In this document: positions 1 through 15,198 of the stretch, in pieces | How the letters are laid out: each line of letters starts with the position of its first letter | How positions within the stretch are numbered: the first letter of the stretch is position 1 | Source of the DNA: Eledone cirrhosa | Taxonomy: Eukaryota | DNA: 64,000 nucleotides | Assembly (NCBI GenBank): GCA_964016885.1 | Contig: CAXHJY010000430.1 | Location: forward strand, 1-64,000 | Reading direction: 5' to 3' | Position numbers and translations under genes: made by a program | The notes under the pieces: generated by a model | What the model saw: only the letters and a program-made list of their open reading frames with translations | Databases searched by the model: none | What the model was told of the DNA's origin: nothing

Positions 1-527
1 ATACGATTGTTTAAGTATATATATATATATATATATAAGAGAGTATTGAAGTTTGCTTGAAGCATTGTGGAACAATAAGTAAATATCTTTAAGTCGTTTG
101 GAAGCCTCGACAATGCAAATGGGTAAATCTCCGGGTAACAAGGATATATATATCGTGTCTAAATTCCCGACCAGCTATCTTGATACCACTTAGATTTAAT
201 CGAACTCTACAACATTAACAACACAAACAACAGTAACAATAACTGCAATAACAACGAACCAACGTTCGATATGCTAGAAATAGCAGCTACATCTCCTATA
301 AATCTGCAATCTCTAGCGCCTTAAACAAAAAGGACACATTGGATAATGTTCTTTCTCTTCTTTATCCCCTTAACTACGTTTCTAGGGCATTTTAAAACCT
401 GGCAGAGCCCATCTCCTCTTTATGTCTGAAAACTGAAGATTTTTTCCATAAAAGGATAGCTAGCGAGAGAAAGGAGGTGAGAAAGGAGGTGAGTAAAAGG
501 AAGTGAGATAGAAACCTAGTAGTAAAC

Positions 528-667
528 TGGTACTTTTCTATCGCCCTCGAATGGATGATAGACACAGTTGACCTTGGTGGGATTCGAACTCATAGAACAG
601 ATAGCCGGAATGAAGACCGTAAAGCATTCTATTCGAGGTTCTTACGATTCTGATAATTTGCCACCTA
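528..667 (-). mobile_element. Degenerate tRNA-derived SINE, family A (Nin-domain-like)
   Basis: CTGGTACTTTTCTATCGCCCTCGAATGGATGATAGAC...GGATTCGAACTC aligns by eye with the copy at 19998-20188. Confidence 0.6.
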
Positions 668-1524
668 TTGGTTAATGTAGTTCTAGATAAATAAGGTGTG
701 ATGGTCACGGGTGAGATATCTTTGGTCATTGGTCTGCTTGTTATGGGCCAACAAGCTCTGTATTTCTAAATGTCATTGTTAACACCCTGGCGGATCATTT
801 GTGGCAAATAAAAGTTTGGACAGGGGCAACGACTTTTGGATAACAAATATGTTAGATTACAAAATGTCCGGTTATGTTTAATATTCTCACCACAAATATC
901 CTCCATATAATATGACTACCAGTAAAATAATTAATGCATGAAGGTAATGTATAATTTACATTGTGTTGCTTTTAATTTGGTTCAACATCAATAAAACGCA
1001 TGCAAGTTAAATAATTATTTACTCATATTTGAAATTCCTTTCAACTTTTTGTTCAATTTTTGAATGAAAATCTGAACATTTTTGATAATTTTTGTTTTCT
1101 TTGCGATTTCGAAAAGAAAGCTTTCGTCGCCATCGTACAGTTAAAATAAAAAACAAAAATCTAGAGAAGTATGGAAGCCAAGCATTGTTGAAGTTACATA
1201 ATACGCAAGTTTTGTAGAAAGAAAAAAATGGTGTATTGTATAACATATTAGATGGAAAATTATTTCGTTGAAGTTTGTTGAATCTATGAAAATGAATTTA
1301 CGTGCTTGGAAAGTCAAAAATGTATATATTTTCTGCGCGGATCATTATTGAAAAATATTTGGACAAAAATTAAATATATGAAAACTATGTAGCAATACAA
1401 ATATTGGAAGATTAAAGAGGAAAGCGTGGAGAATAACTAAATACAAATGTAGATTACGAAATCGAAGATTTAGAGGGGATATATCCTATAAAATAAATTG
1501 TATTTTTTTAGTAGCAGCAGCAGC

Positions 1525-1567
<43 letters not shown>

Positions 1568-1569
1568 AG

Positions 1570-1815
1570 GGAGGCGTGTGGCTTTGTCATAAGGGTGTTG
1601 GACCTATGATCATGATGTCGTGGGTTCGATTCCCGGAGTGGGTTGTGTGTTGTGTTCTTGAGCAAAAGATTTCATTTCATGTTGCTCCAATATACTCATC
1701 TAAAATGAATATAGCAATAGCTGGGGGTTTAACCTTGCGAGGGACTGGCGTCATGTCCAGGGAGGAATCTTGTACTCCCAGTCACTTCACGTCACAGGAA
1801 CCTGGATAAGCACCA
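1570..1815 (+). mobile_element. tRNA-derived SINE, family B
   Basis: GGAGGCGTGTGGCT (A box), GGTTCGATTCCC (B box), body TGTGTTCTTGAGCAA, CCTTGCGAGGGACTGGCGTCATGTCCAGGG; homologous copies at 19255, 33144, 56735. Confidence 0.75.
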
Positions 1816-1903
1816 ACCTGATGAAATTTTGGGTTCGAGACAGATTCAGTAGTAGTAGTATTAGTATTAGTAGTGATAGTAGTAGTATTAGTAGTAGTAG
1901 TAT

Positions 1904-1938
<35 letters not shown>

Positions 1939-1973
1939 GTAGTTATTGTTGTAACAATAATTATGGTTTCTAA

Positions 1974-2043
1974 CCAGTTGACCATGAAGCAGGTTGTACT
2001 GAGTTACATGGTACCAGTAGCAAGTAGAAGCCTGACCTGACAT
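1974..2043 (-). mobile_element. 5' terminal fragment of the non-autonomous RTE family
   Basis: GACCATGAAGCAGGTTGTACTG...CCAGTAGCA...GACCTGACAT matches 45205-45267 and ends at the same base. Confidence 0.65.
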
Positions 2044-2055
2044 CAATAGTGTTAC

Positions 2056-2172
2056 AATAATTGTTTCTATTTTAGGCACAAGGCCAGCAATTACCCAGTA
2101 CATTACTGGTACTTTATTTTATCGACCCCGTAAGGATAAAAGGCAAAGTGAACCTCGGCGAGATTTGAACTC
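2056..2172 (-). mobile_element. SINE family A, 5'-truncated
   Basis: Near-identical to 19998-20115 (TTAGGCACAAGGCCAGCAATTACCCAGT...TTTATCGACCCCGTAAGGAT). Confidence 0.85.
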
Positions 2173-3272
2173 CTCCGTGTTTCATCTTAGCCCTGTTTTA
2201 AATACTTAGTTAAGCGAAGCATACATATGAATCTTATATAGTAGTTGGTGGTAGCGGTTACGTTTGACATTTCTTCGACAATAGACCAATCTAGGAACCT
2301 CTCATCCCTACATCACATAAAATCCAGTTTTTATCTTAAGTGGTAGTACATATAGAAACATAGCAGGTGCATGCAATGATGGTGCTAGTTTTTTTTTTAG
2401 TCATATTGATATGGTATATATAAAACAATGTATATATGAGAAGTGTTGATAAAATATTACTCGTTATTTCATCCGCTTATCTCTAGATTCACAAATCAGT
2501 CGCGATCCAAATCGTAATACGCCAGAAGCCACCTGGGACTAAATTCAGTCCTTAACGCCACGAATAATGTAACCATTGCCTTAAAACATTATTAAAATGG
2601 CGATTTTATAACTATATCAAAATATAACATAACTTAGCGAGGGATTGTATTGTTTATCCTTCAGCCCTTCATATTCCAGCGGTATTGTAAAAGAGATCGA
2701 AAGGAACAGAAAGAAAGAAGGAACGAAAGAAAGATAGAAATGAATAAATGAATAAATAAATATGGAAAGAAAAACAAAACAAAGAAAGATAGAAATAAAG
2801 AAAGGAAGAAAGAAATATAGAAATAGATGCAGAAATAAAATATATAAAGTTTCATCTGTTGCTCTGTAGTGTAGACGGCGTAATATTACTTCGCGAGGAA
2901 CTATTTTCTGTCTATATTTTTATACAGAAAGTAAAACGTACGTATTGGAGTAAAATCGACATTTATTTGCACACCGTTCGTGTTTAATTAGTTGCAAAAT
3001 ATAGCAGCCTCTTCTGGTGCCCTTAAGCTTTTTACTTGCTGTGTGTGAGGTTTTCCTTTAATTTTCAGATATATTCGAAGATGTAGGCGAAGTATAGCAT
3101 ATAACGAAACAACAGCGGTATTATCTATCACATTCAGTTCACACATCTATTAGATAAATACTGGCAACGTACTTAAAACATATATTGCCCTAGGTACTCG
3201 AGTTGTGGCAATTCAAACACCGTTTGCATTGTAGATTCCAGCAGCGGTACACATATGGTGTATCAATGTATT

Positions 3273-3294
3273 CACACACACACACACACACATA

Positions 3295-3370
<76 letters not shown>

Positions 3371-3381
3371 CACACACACAC

Positions 3382-3414
<33 letters not shown>

Positions 3415-3463
3415 CAAACTCACACACACACACACACACACAGAGACAAACTCACACACACAC

Positions 3464-3536
<73 letters not shown>

Positions 3537-3590
3537 GAGAGACCAACTCACACACACACACACACATACAAACACACACACGCAGACAAA

Positions 3591-3627
<37 letters not shown>

Positions 3628-3722
3628 ACTCACACACACACAGACAAACTCACACACACACATACACACACATACTCACACATATGCATACATACCCTCG
3701 GACGCACATATACACATGCGCC

Positions 3723-3771
<49 letters not shown>

Positions 3772-3900
3772 ATATTTAGGTATATGTGTGTATATATATA
3801 TATATGTATGTATATATTTAGGTATGTGTGTGTACATATATTTATATCATACAAATATATTAATATATATATATATGTGTATATATATATATATATTTAT

Positions 3901-3947
<47 letters not shown>

Positions 3948-4102
3948 CATTCATGCGTACACATGAACACACCCCACACACACACGCACACACACACATA
4001 CACACACACACACACACACACATACACATATATATATGTATATATACATTCATGCGCGCACACTCACACACACCTATAGACATTCACTCACAAACACACT
4101 CT

Positions 4103-4139
<37 letters not shown>

Positions 4140-4254
4140 GTATAATGTATATATACATTCATGTGCACACACATTCACCCACACCTACAGACACTCACTC
4201 ACAAACACACTCACACACTCGCACACACACACTCATACTCTCTCTCTCTCACAC

Positions 4255-4300
<46 letters not shown>
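3273..4300. repeat. Compound (CA)n/(GA)n/(TA)n microsatellite field
   Basis: Direct inspection. Confidence 0.95.
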
Positions 4301-4303
<3 letters not shown>

Positions 4304-4438
4304 CAGACGTATGTGTAAATATATTCGCTGGAGGTGAGGGGAAAGCAGAGTATGTATGTGTAAACCTATGGGAATGCATACATATTTAATCAAATATGTA
4401 TGCATATATAATTATATATTTATTCACAAATGCAAACT

Positions 4439-4935
4439 AGCATATACACATACATATAAACACGCACCTTTATACAAGCATTATAACACAAGCATATATA
4501 CACATACATATAAACACGCACCTTTATACAAGCATTGTAACACAAGCATATATACACATACATATAAGCACGCACCTTTATACAAGCATTGTAACACAAG
4601 CATATATACACATACATATAAGCACGCACCTTTATACAAGCATTGTAACACAAGCATATATACACATACATATAAACACGCACCTTTATACAACCATTGT
4701 AACACAAGCATATATACACATACATATAAGCACGCACCTTTATACAACCATTGTAACACAAGCATATATACACATACATATAAGCACGCACCTTTATACA
4801 AGCATTGTAACACAAGCATATATACACATACATATAAGCACGCACCTTTATACAAGCATTGTAACACAAGCATATATACACATACATATAAACACGCACC
4901 TTTATACAACCATTGTAACACAAGCATATATACAC
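4439..4935. repeat. 54-bp minisatellite, about 9 copies
   Basis: Unit AGCATATATACACATACATATAAGCACGCACCTTTATACAAGCATTGTAACACA; gives the 18-aa periodicity in the ORF track. Confidence 0.95.
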
Positions 4936-4994
4936 ACAAACCTACATACAGTCACTCTTCAAGTTGTGTCAAGAATGATATACATTAAAGAGTT

Positions 4995-5061
4995 AGTAGT
5001 AATAGTAGTAGTAGTAGTAGTAGTAGTAATGGTGGTGGTGGTGGTTGTAGTACTAGTATTA

Positions 5062-5109
<48 letters not shown>

Positions 5110-5257
5110 ATGGTTGTAGTAGTAGTAGTGCTAGTAGTAGTAGTAGTAGTAGTAGAAGTGGTGATGGTTGTAGTAGTAGTAGTAGTGCTAGTAGTAGTAG
5201 TAGTAGTGGTAGTAGTAGTAGTAGTAATGGTGGTGGTGGTGGTTGTAGTACTAGTAT

Positions 5258-5301
<44 letters not shown>

Positions 5302-5332
5302 ATGGTTGTAGTAGTAGTAGTAGCAGTAGTGC

Positions 5333-5371
<39 letters not shown>

Positions 5372-5407
5372 AAGTGGTGATGGTTGTAGTAGTAGTAGTA
5401 GTAGTGC

Positions 5408-5443
<36 letters not shown>

Positions 5444-5445
5444 AA
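4995..5445. repeat. (GTA)n/(GTG)n trinucleotide array with higher-order duplications
   Basis: Direct inspection. Confidence 0.95.
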
Positions 5446-5482
5446 GAAGAAGAAGGAAAAGAAGATGAAGAACAACAAGAGA

Positions 5483-5519
<37 letters not shown>

Positions 5520-5704
5520 GAACGACAAGAAGAAAAGTGACAACAACAACTACAAGTACAAGGACACATCATCAACAACAACAACAACAACAACAAAAGA
5601 AGCTACGTTCGAAGCTTTGATATGTTGATCGTTGTAAACAGCGATACCATTTTTTTTTCTCCACGAGACGGAGTCTGCGCAGTGAGCTATCTTCTGTAGT
5701 CTTA

Positions 5705-5800
5705 GTGACACGTTCAGCCATTAACTATTTCATTTCGACTGTCGGTCAACACATGATAAGCTTTTCTGCCTTAACAGAAGCTTGGCTGGCTGATGGAGAT
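5705..5800 (+). pseudogene. Possible N-terminal APE fragment of a CR1/L2-type LINE
   Basis: Translation TRSAINYF...[12 protein letters not shown] resembles the APE motif lalTETWL; one short motif only. Confidence 0.3.
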
Positions 5801-5829
5801 CTGCGTTCTAATTGGATTATACAAACTCT

Positions 5830-5868
<39 letters not shown>

Positions 5869-5936
5869 GTATATAATGTGTGTGTGTGTATGTGAGTGTA
5901 TAATATATATATATTGTATATATGAATGAATGTATG

Positions 5937-6162
<226 letters not shown>

Positions 6163-6285
6163 TTTATACATACCTATATATTCATATGTATGCATGTATA
6201 TGTGTGTGTATATATATACATATACATATATTTATACATACCTATATATTCATATGTATGCATGTATATGTGTATATATATACAT

Positions 6286-6336
<51 letters not shown>

Positions 6337-6387
6337 AATACACACACACATATATATGTGGATATTTTTTCTATTACTCCATGATTC

Positions 6388-6678
6388 TATTTCACGGTAC
6401 AACAGTGTGGTACATTAAGCTACATTTCACGGTACAATAGCGGGGTACATTAAGCTACATTTCACGGTACAATAGCGGGGTACATTAAGCTACATTTCAC
6501 GGTACAATAGCGGGGTACATTAAGCTACATTTCACGGTACAATAGCGGGGTACATTAAGCTACATTTCACGGTACAATAGCGGGGTACATTAAGCTACAT
6601 TTCACGGTACAATAGCGGGGTACATTAAGCTACATTTCACGGTACAATAGCGGGGTACATTAAGCTACATTTCACGGT
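6388..6678. repeat. 35-bp minisatellite, about 8 copies
   Basis: Unit TACATTTCACGGTACAATAGCGGGGTACATTAAGC, identical copies from 6421. Confidence 0.97.
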
Positions 6679-6775
6679 GCAGCTGCATTAAGTTTCATGT
6701 CATTTTGGTAACAACATGTACCTAGATACTTGATAAGCATTCCATTTCATCATTTCACCATTTCAAACTAACGGC

Positions 6776-6877
<102 letters not shown>

Positions 6878-7951
6878 TGCCTGCGTGTATGGGTGTAGAA
6901 TCATCTTGAGTGCGGTTCCAGTGATTAGCATTCTTCTTTTGTTGAATAATAAACTAAACACATTTCGAGAAGTCAACAGTTGAAGGAGAATGAATATCTC
7001 CTTGCTGGAACACTAACTGAAAATTAATTTGGTGGATTCCTGTAACGAGATCGAATGTTCTCCAACAAGAACAAATCCAATAATATATTGTCTTAATATA
7101 TTAATTTATTTCGCTTAGTAGGTTTGTATGCCTCGATCATTGTATGTTGGCGACGTTATACTATAGCGGGATGTGACAACAGAACTAGGTTCTATGGCGA
7201 TAATGTAATCTACGTTTTCTCTCTCTACCTGAATTAAACACTTAAGTTGTACAAGTAAAATAAAATATAACACTCTATATATTCAGTTCTGTCTTCCATT
7301 AATGCAAGCGTTTTTTTTTTTTATATATAATAATGGTGATAAATTATTGTAATTAGTACTGCCAAAGCCTTGCTTCTAATATTTGCTTATATCAAAATCC
7401 TGGCAAAATCCGTTCATTCTTTATATATAATCGCATTTGAAAACTCATAAAATAACGAGATATTTTAAGTTGTACTTTTTCTACTGAATATGAAGAAAAC
7501 ATTACGATCGGGAGGTGTAAACTCTCTCAGCTAATGAAAAGAATGGAATGTAAATGCAGATAAAACAGTCTAAGAAAATCAGGAAAATACCAAATTACTG
7601 CCAATAAAATCAATTCATTTAAAAGTGAAATTCAATTGGTGATAGTATTTTGGACCATTTCTATCCTAGGATGTGTTATTGATTCAACATTTCAGTCAGC
7701 ATTCTCACTAATAGTCTTAAGGTGCGATATGCTTGAGCTAAGCCCCATATATAAGTTGGAATTCTTATTTTACCCTGACTGGATTGGGTCTGCCGTTCAA
7801 CCAGAGGCTTATTGTCCATGTTCCACATTTAGATGCGGCATAACAACGTCATAACAACATGAAATAGCAAGCTGTTCGAAACAAAAAAAAAATCCCCAAC
7901 AAAATATTTTATAAGATATTTATATATATATTCTCTAGAAATGTAATCTAT

Positions 7952-8011
<60 letters not shown>

Positions 8012-8151
8012 GGAGGTGAGTTTTATTGTAGTACAATAAAGCAATGCAGATATCGGATAAGAAGCACTCTACAGTTTGTTGATATGTTGATATGTTGATT
8101 TAAAACTGCACTATCCACAAGTGTTTTTTTAGCCTTCATATCATGTTCTCC

Positions 8152-8219
8152 TGTTTTATCTGATGAAAACACAAATATTATTGCATGATGATGTTTGTTT
8201 TTGAAATGCGCATAAAATA
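8152..8219 (+). ncRNA. Degenerate minimal type I hammerhead ribozyme motif
   Basis: TGTTTTAT-CTGATGA-(long imperfect stem II)-GAAA-TGCG-C-ATAAAATA; stem I pairs, but the U of the UH triplet is missing. Confidence 0.5.
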
Positions 8220-8249
8220 CATGGAACTCCTTTAACCATCTTTTGATCT

Positions 8250-8315
<66 letters not shown>

Positions 8316-9020
8316 CGGTGGGTGGGCTTGGACGCTGGACGTAGGTTGTTGTAGTTCTCTGAAAATCTTAAAAAACATCTGAAATGAATCTTAAACATTC
8401 GTTTCATTTACAATCTGCATATTTCGGTCAATCTGTGAAAGATAAGTGTACATTTTTTTGTGTTGTTTTTATTATTTATCAATTTCAAACGAATTATTTC
8501 GGCTTTTCTCATATTTATACCGAGACACGTGGTGTTAAGTCTCAGTCTCTTGTAGTAATTAAGTTAAGTATAAATTATACACGTATTGATTTTATTTTTG
8601 TTTTTTTTTATAGGTTTTATTATTAAATATACGACATACAATATATGTATGATACGATATATGTATTATTTAATTAGCATATTTTATCCCACTGTTATCT
8701 GAAAGCTACAGCGATAAGAGTTTTGTAAACAAACACTGACACACGTTTATCTAGTATTTAATATCTAATATTTAATATCTAAAGTAATAATTTTAACAAA
8801 CATAATATTTATCTATTTATTTGAAACGATGGGATTTTTATTCTTAGGTAATTTTTCTGAACACGTGTTCTTGCAAACGTCTTGTGCAATTATACTTCTC
8901 ATTTAATGTCGTATGATATTTAAGGAACCATACTAGTAATTATATTAACCAATGCTTGTTTGAAGCCACTAGGCTTTGGCTTTCTTTCATCGCTTCCTGA
9001 AATGTTCACGCTCTCTCATA

Positions 9021-10140
9021 GAAAGCCTTGAATTCATCCTAAAAAACAACTACTTTATATTCGACGAAACACCCTACCGACAGAAACCAAGAACAGCCAA
9101 GGGTACCAAAGTACCGCCAACATATGCCAACTAAGGCATGGGATACCACGAACTAAAAATCTATGAAAAAGCTTCACAAATTTATAGGAGTACCTAAAGA
9201 TACCCAGATGACTGTTTCATGTTATGGAGGTAAAATCTTGATGATTGATGAACTAAGGAATTTTCAAACTTTCATTAATGACATAAACTCCAAAATCCAA
9301 TTCATTATGAAATTTAGCAACGATAATCTCCCTTTCTTAGACATACTAATAACAAAAAGAAACACAAAACTAGAAACTGACATATTTTTCAAACCCACCG
9401 ACTTCCGACAGTACCTCCACATCCAGCTCACACATGCACCAACATTCCACTTAACTTAGCTAAGCGAATCTGCACAATAGTTTCAAACACAATAACAAGG
9501 GACCACAAGGGGGGTAGAGATGAAAGATATACTCATCAAGAGAAAACACCTTCTAAATATAATCAACGATAGCATTCACAAAGCACAAAAAAAAAAAAAA
9601 AAAAATTAATATTCAAGTTCTCTGAGAAACAAAACCAAAAATGGAAAAATTTCATATCATACATCTCAGCCTTCAACCCCCAAAACACAGAAATCTATAC
9701 AGAAATACAACTAAACCTTTTTACTACAAAAAGACAAAAACATGGAAAACGTCTTACAAAAATATCCCATTATTAAAAGTAAACGACAGTCGAAATTATT
9801 TTCAAAAACACTGACAAGGGCAGAGTTGCAAACCACATATATAGAACCTCACGTGAAAAGATGTAACCGACTTCATTGCTGAATATGCAGCCACCTACTG
9901 GAAGGCCATGGATTTCAATTCAAAGACGGATCCATCTTCAAAATTAAGAATAATTTCTCGTGTAACTTTGAAAATTTAGTTTAAGTCATAACCTGCCAAG
10001 ATTGCTACGAACATTATATAGGACAGACAGGGTTGACACTTAGAAAAAGAATTACCGTCAATAGACAACAAATAACAACCCCGTATACAAGAAAAATCCT
10101 TCTAAGCTGACATATAGAGGAATGCGGAGTCAAAAATATA
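9021..10140 (+). pseudogene. Decayed Penelope-like retroelement, RT + GIY-YIG endonuclease
   Basis: ESLEFILKNNYFIFDETPYRQ..TAKGTKVPPTYAN; RYPDDCF; IQFIMKFSNDNLPFLDILI..LETDIFFKPTDFRQYLH; CNFENLV*VITCQDCYEHYIGQTGLTLRKRI; multiple stops and frameshifts. Confidence 0.9.
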
Positions 10141-10227
10141 CCTATTTTTTCTTCAAAGTCCCAACTGCGCAGTTTCTTTGATCCATATTCAACAATTGTG
10201 CATTATAGAATTGCACAATTGTTGTGA

Positions 10228-10289
<62 letters not shown>

Positions 10290-10340
10290 TATATATATAT
10301 TAAAATATAAGTATTAATAAAATAGATGTTCTTTTGATCA

Positions 10341-10403
10341 ATTACATTTTATTATACATATTTCGGATGTAAAACAGTACGTCTTCATCAGACAAAATAT
10401 AAT
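10341..10403 (-). ncRNA. Minimal type I hammerhead ribozyme motif
   Basis: Minus strand ATTATATTTTGT-CTGATGA-AGACGT ACTGTTTT ACATCC-GAAA-TATGTA-TA-ATAAAATGTAAT; 12-bp stem I (2 G-U), stem II with 2 mismatches. Confidence 0.65.
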
Positions 10404-10451
10404 GATACATGACATACCCTGAGATATTAAATGGTTAAGATTTAATCAAGG

Positions 10452-10495
<44 letters not shown>

Positions 10496-10758
10496 AGGGT
10501 GAAAGCAGCAATTCTTTGCTTAAACTTTAATCTGTTATTTAATAAATATATGTTTATATATATATGTATGTTATGTTATATATAGGGAAATGCTCTCTGA
10601 GATGTGCACTTTTCCATTGGAAGTCCCTAGGGATCTCCAATCTTTTGTGAAGTGAAACCGTCGGTAAAAGCAAATGGAATAGGTAAATATTTAAATTATA
10701 TTTTTTAATTTATTTTAAAAAATTGTTTGAATCTTGCTTGCTCAGCTTATCTCAATTT

Positions 10759-10897
<139 letters not shown>

Positions 10898-11261
10898 ATA
10901 TATCTCTATATATATATATACTGAATTTAAAATAATCTGAATGGAAATGGTCGTTATTTTCGACGTAATGTATACACTAGTTATGACAACTGTTAGTTGG
11001 TGTTTCTTCACTTCAAAATATTGCTGCTTATATATAAAAAAAACAACAACGAATATTTGAAAGCAGAATATTGTCATTATTAATTAAATGCTTTAAAATG
11101 ACCCCAAACCACAGACTAAGATAGGAAGAGAATAATAAATACATATTTTCCACTGAGTAAAAATAAAATTTAATAAGTGGAAATAATTCAATTTACTTAT
11201 TTTACGACCGTCCACAGCAATAAAGGAATTGGCAAACTAATTCACATCTAAACAGCACATT

Positions 11262-11945
<684 letters not shown>

Positions 11946-12447
11946 CAATGAAAAACAGTACCCACCCAACCATCTTAAACTGTCAACGTGAGAAAATTCC
12001 CCAGGGGAGATAATTGTGTAATGCGGTTTTGCCATGGAACAACAGCTAGCTTTATCTGAACATAATCACATATAACAAACTATTCGTATCTGACTAGATT
12101 CTTGCGTGTGAAATAAACCGTAAGCATATTCAAGTGTGTTCTGTCAAATTGCTCTCTTTCACTCCCTCTTCCCGCTTCTCTCACTCTCTCTTTCTCTCCA
12201 CTCATCCAATATGATTTTTCCTCTATCTTCGGCGCAGTTTCGATCAACAGAAGCTACCGAAGGATACTTGTAGTTTGCAAATGCTTCACAAGTTGTAGAT
12301 ATATTCAGCACCTTTTAACGAAGTCTGCGAAAAATGTGTGTGAATTTTGCTCGGCTTGGTGCTAACAATGTAAGAAACTTCGAGAGAAGTATATGTAATG
12401 TATGTATGTATGTATGTATGTATGTATGTATGTATGTATGTATGTAG

Positions 12448-12500
<53 letters not shown>

Positions 12501-12666
12501 ATGAATGCGTATATGTTTGCATTTATGTGTACATGCAAATATGAAATGTATTAAGTGCTTCTCTTCTGTTAACATGGAAGACATTTGTGAAATAAAGACA
12601 CTTGATGTTTTCCCCATAATCTTACTTTCAGCCTATTTTTTTTTGTCAACCGATTTTCGGTTTATC

Positions 12667-12730
<64 letters not shown>

Positions 12731-12894
12731 ATACAGGATAACAAATTATCGTTATAGGTAGTCCACTATTGGTGATCGATTGACGCAAAATCAGGCGGGT
12801 AGCGATCTCTAGACCTACCAGTTCAGAGAAACAATTGTCAGCAATGTCAATAAAGCCCTTATTGTATAGCAAACCATGTCACTCTTCTTTCTTG

Positions 12895-12935
<41 letters not shown>

Positions 12936-13314
12936 TTGGTACAAAGATTCCGTGATGTACCTTTTATGGTTATATCCTTTGGACCTTGGTATTCACGTAA
13001 GCCATGTCATACGGACAATCCGATTTATGGCCACGTAACTTAACGGTTGGACAAAAAATGATTTTATCCCCGTCAAGGTGGTGCCGCAGTCTAATGACTG
13101 GAATCAATAAAAGAATAATATCAATGCATATGCTCCCCCCCCCCCCCACACACACACACATTCGAGAGAAAGTTTCCCTTAATTTTGGCAAAAATTGGCA
13201 AACAATCATTAATTCATTATTTTAATTTCTCCCAATTATACTAAATGATTAATTTTTCAACATATATATTGCTAATTTTTACCAGAATTAGTAGAACTTT
13301 CTGGACACCAGAGA

Positions 13315-14213
13315 CATACATACATACATACATACATACATACATACATACATACATACATACATACATACATACATACATACATACATACATACATACA
13401 TACATACATACATACATCCATACATACATACACACATACACACATACACACATACATACATACATACATACATACATACATACATACATACATACATACA
13501 TACATACATGAGGATTGCAGCGTCTTCACAGACAATTGTTTTTTTTTTTAAACACTTTAGTCTTTATTGTGTTGTATCAGATGAAAGAATGGTATTTAAC
13601 TAATGTATTGGTACGAGATGGGGCCCACCCACAGCCCCGGCGGATTTGCCGTCTCTTATTGATTCTTCGTTGTCATTCTACCTGCGTCCATGACTTCGTA
13701 GATGACTGTAGACCAGCTGTAGATCTGCACATTTTACGACACAGGTGACAGAACAGAGTTGTGCTTTCCACAGGAGCGGTGGGGTCACCCTGTGGGACAC
13801 AACTTTTATGTACCACGATGTGTTTTTTTTAGTCCGGAACTAGTTCTACACACTTTGTTGCAGATCATGCCCGTTTCGCTAGGTCTTTGTTGAGTGGTGT
13901 TGCAGGTAGTTATCCTATCATGTGACTTCAGGTGATTAACATAACCAGCCTTTGAGAGGAGTACACGCTGACAGAAACTACATGTCCAACTACTGATGAC
14001 TTCATCAAGACTCTTTCCGGCACTGACGCTTCAGTTGTTTATGTTCTAGACGACATTCCTCAAAAGTTTTGCAACTGCCCTTTATGCAGTTTCTCCACTG
14101 AGCCCTATTTAGAGCTATCTTCTCCCAGTTGTCTATATCAAATGCCAGCTCTTTGAGATTGTTCTTGATGCTGTCCTTGAGCCTCATTTTCGGTTTGTGT
14201 TGAGGCCTTTTTC
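13315..14213 (-). mobile_element. 3' end of an RTE-clade LINE with three C2H2 fingers, 3'UTR and (TATG)n tail
   Basis: GKRPQHKPKMRLKDSIKNNLK..NWEKIALNRAQWR; then TCSFCQRVLLSKAGYVNHLKSH, MICNKVCRTSSGLKKH, CHLCRKMCRSTAGLQS; tandem tail at 13315-13509. Confidence 0.85.
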
Positions 14214-14231
14214 CAATATATATATATATAT

Positions 14232-14318
<87 letters not shown>

Positions 14319-14321
<3 letters not shown>

Positions 14322-14600
14322 CACGACGTCTTATCAGAAAGTTCTCGGACAAGACAAAGAAGTGTACACAAACACTTCAATAAATATTGTATTTCCTATA
14401 TTATTCATATTCGGACATCATCCATTCGAAATATTCCCTCTGGGAGTGTATACACTGGTCACAGTGGATCTTTTACACTTCAGAAACACCGTAGAATGCC
14501 TCTTCCTGAGGCCGTCAAATACCCTCAAATACCCTCAAATACCGCTTGCGTGTGTGGAAAATTAGACGGACCACCATTTCATTTCTAATTTACATCATAC
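14319..14600 (-). mobile_element. Mariner remnant (transposase C-terminus plus end)
   Basis: Minus translation EEAFYGVSEV*KIHCDQCIHSQREYFE resembles the mariner C-terminal W..R..kCI...G.YFE motif. Confidence 0.55.
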
Positions 14601-14960
14601 CTGGACATATAGACATATATAGCAATGGTATAAAAATATTCCTCTGTGGACAGAATCATGATGGGTAGACACTAATCTCCGAAATGCATAAAGATAATTT
14701 CGAATATTTTCTGTGTTTAGAGGAAACAGTGGAAAGTGTTTTCTCAATATTCATTTCCCTGCGAGGCATCTTATTAGAAAACAGTATTTATAACTACATT
14801 AAATTTATCCTCTGTTGGGGTCTTCTCGAGGGGAAGTCATGCACTCTTAGTCGCTTAACGCCAAAGAAATCGAGATAATCTTGACATAGACTTTTGGGGG
14901 GTTTAGGGGTTAAATTTTATCTCCTCTTCTCTCTCTCTCTCTCTGTCTCTCTCTCTCTCT

Positions 14961-15024
<64 letters not shown>

Positions 15025-15076
15025 AGCATATATATACACATACATAAACACTCGCACATATATATATACATATACA

Positions 15077-15112
<36 letters not shown>

Positions 15113-15160
15113 TTTAGATTCACACACACAAACACACACATATACATTCATACATACACG

Positions 15161-15198
<38 letters not shown>

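Noticed and set aside
100-146. TMQMGKSPGNKD resembling the L1/Tx1 RT KSPG.DG motif
   Set aside because: Single short motif with no flanking support
1815-1850. CTGATGA...GAGAC as a hammerhead
   Set aside because: No GAAA, weak stem II, no stem I
3068-3120. Possible exon after a TTTTCAG acceptor
   Set aside because: Weak donor, no recognisable peptide, no partner exons
10630-10675. HHR-like GAAACCGTC with CTTTT/AAAAG flanks
   Set aside because: CUGANGA core and stem II absent
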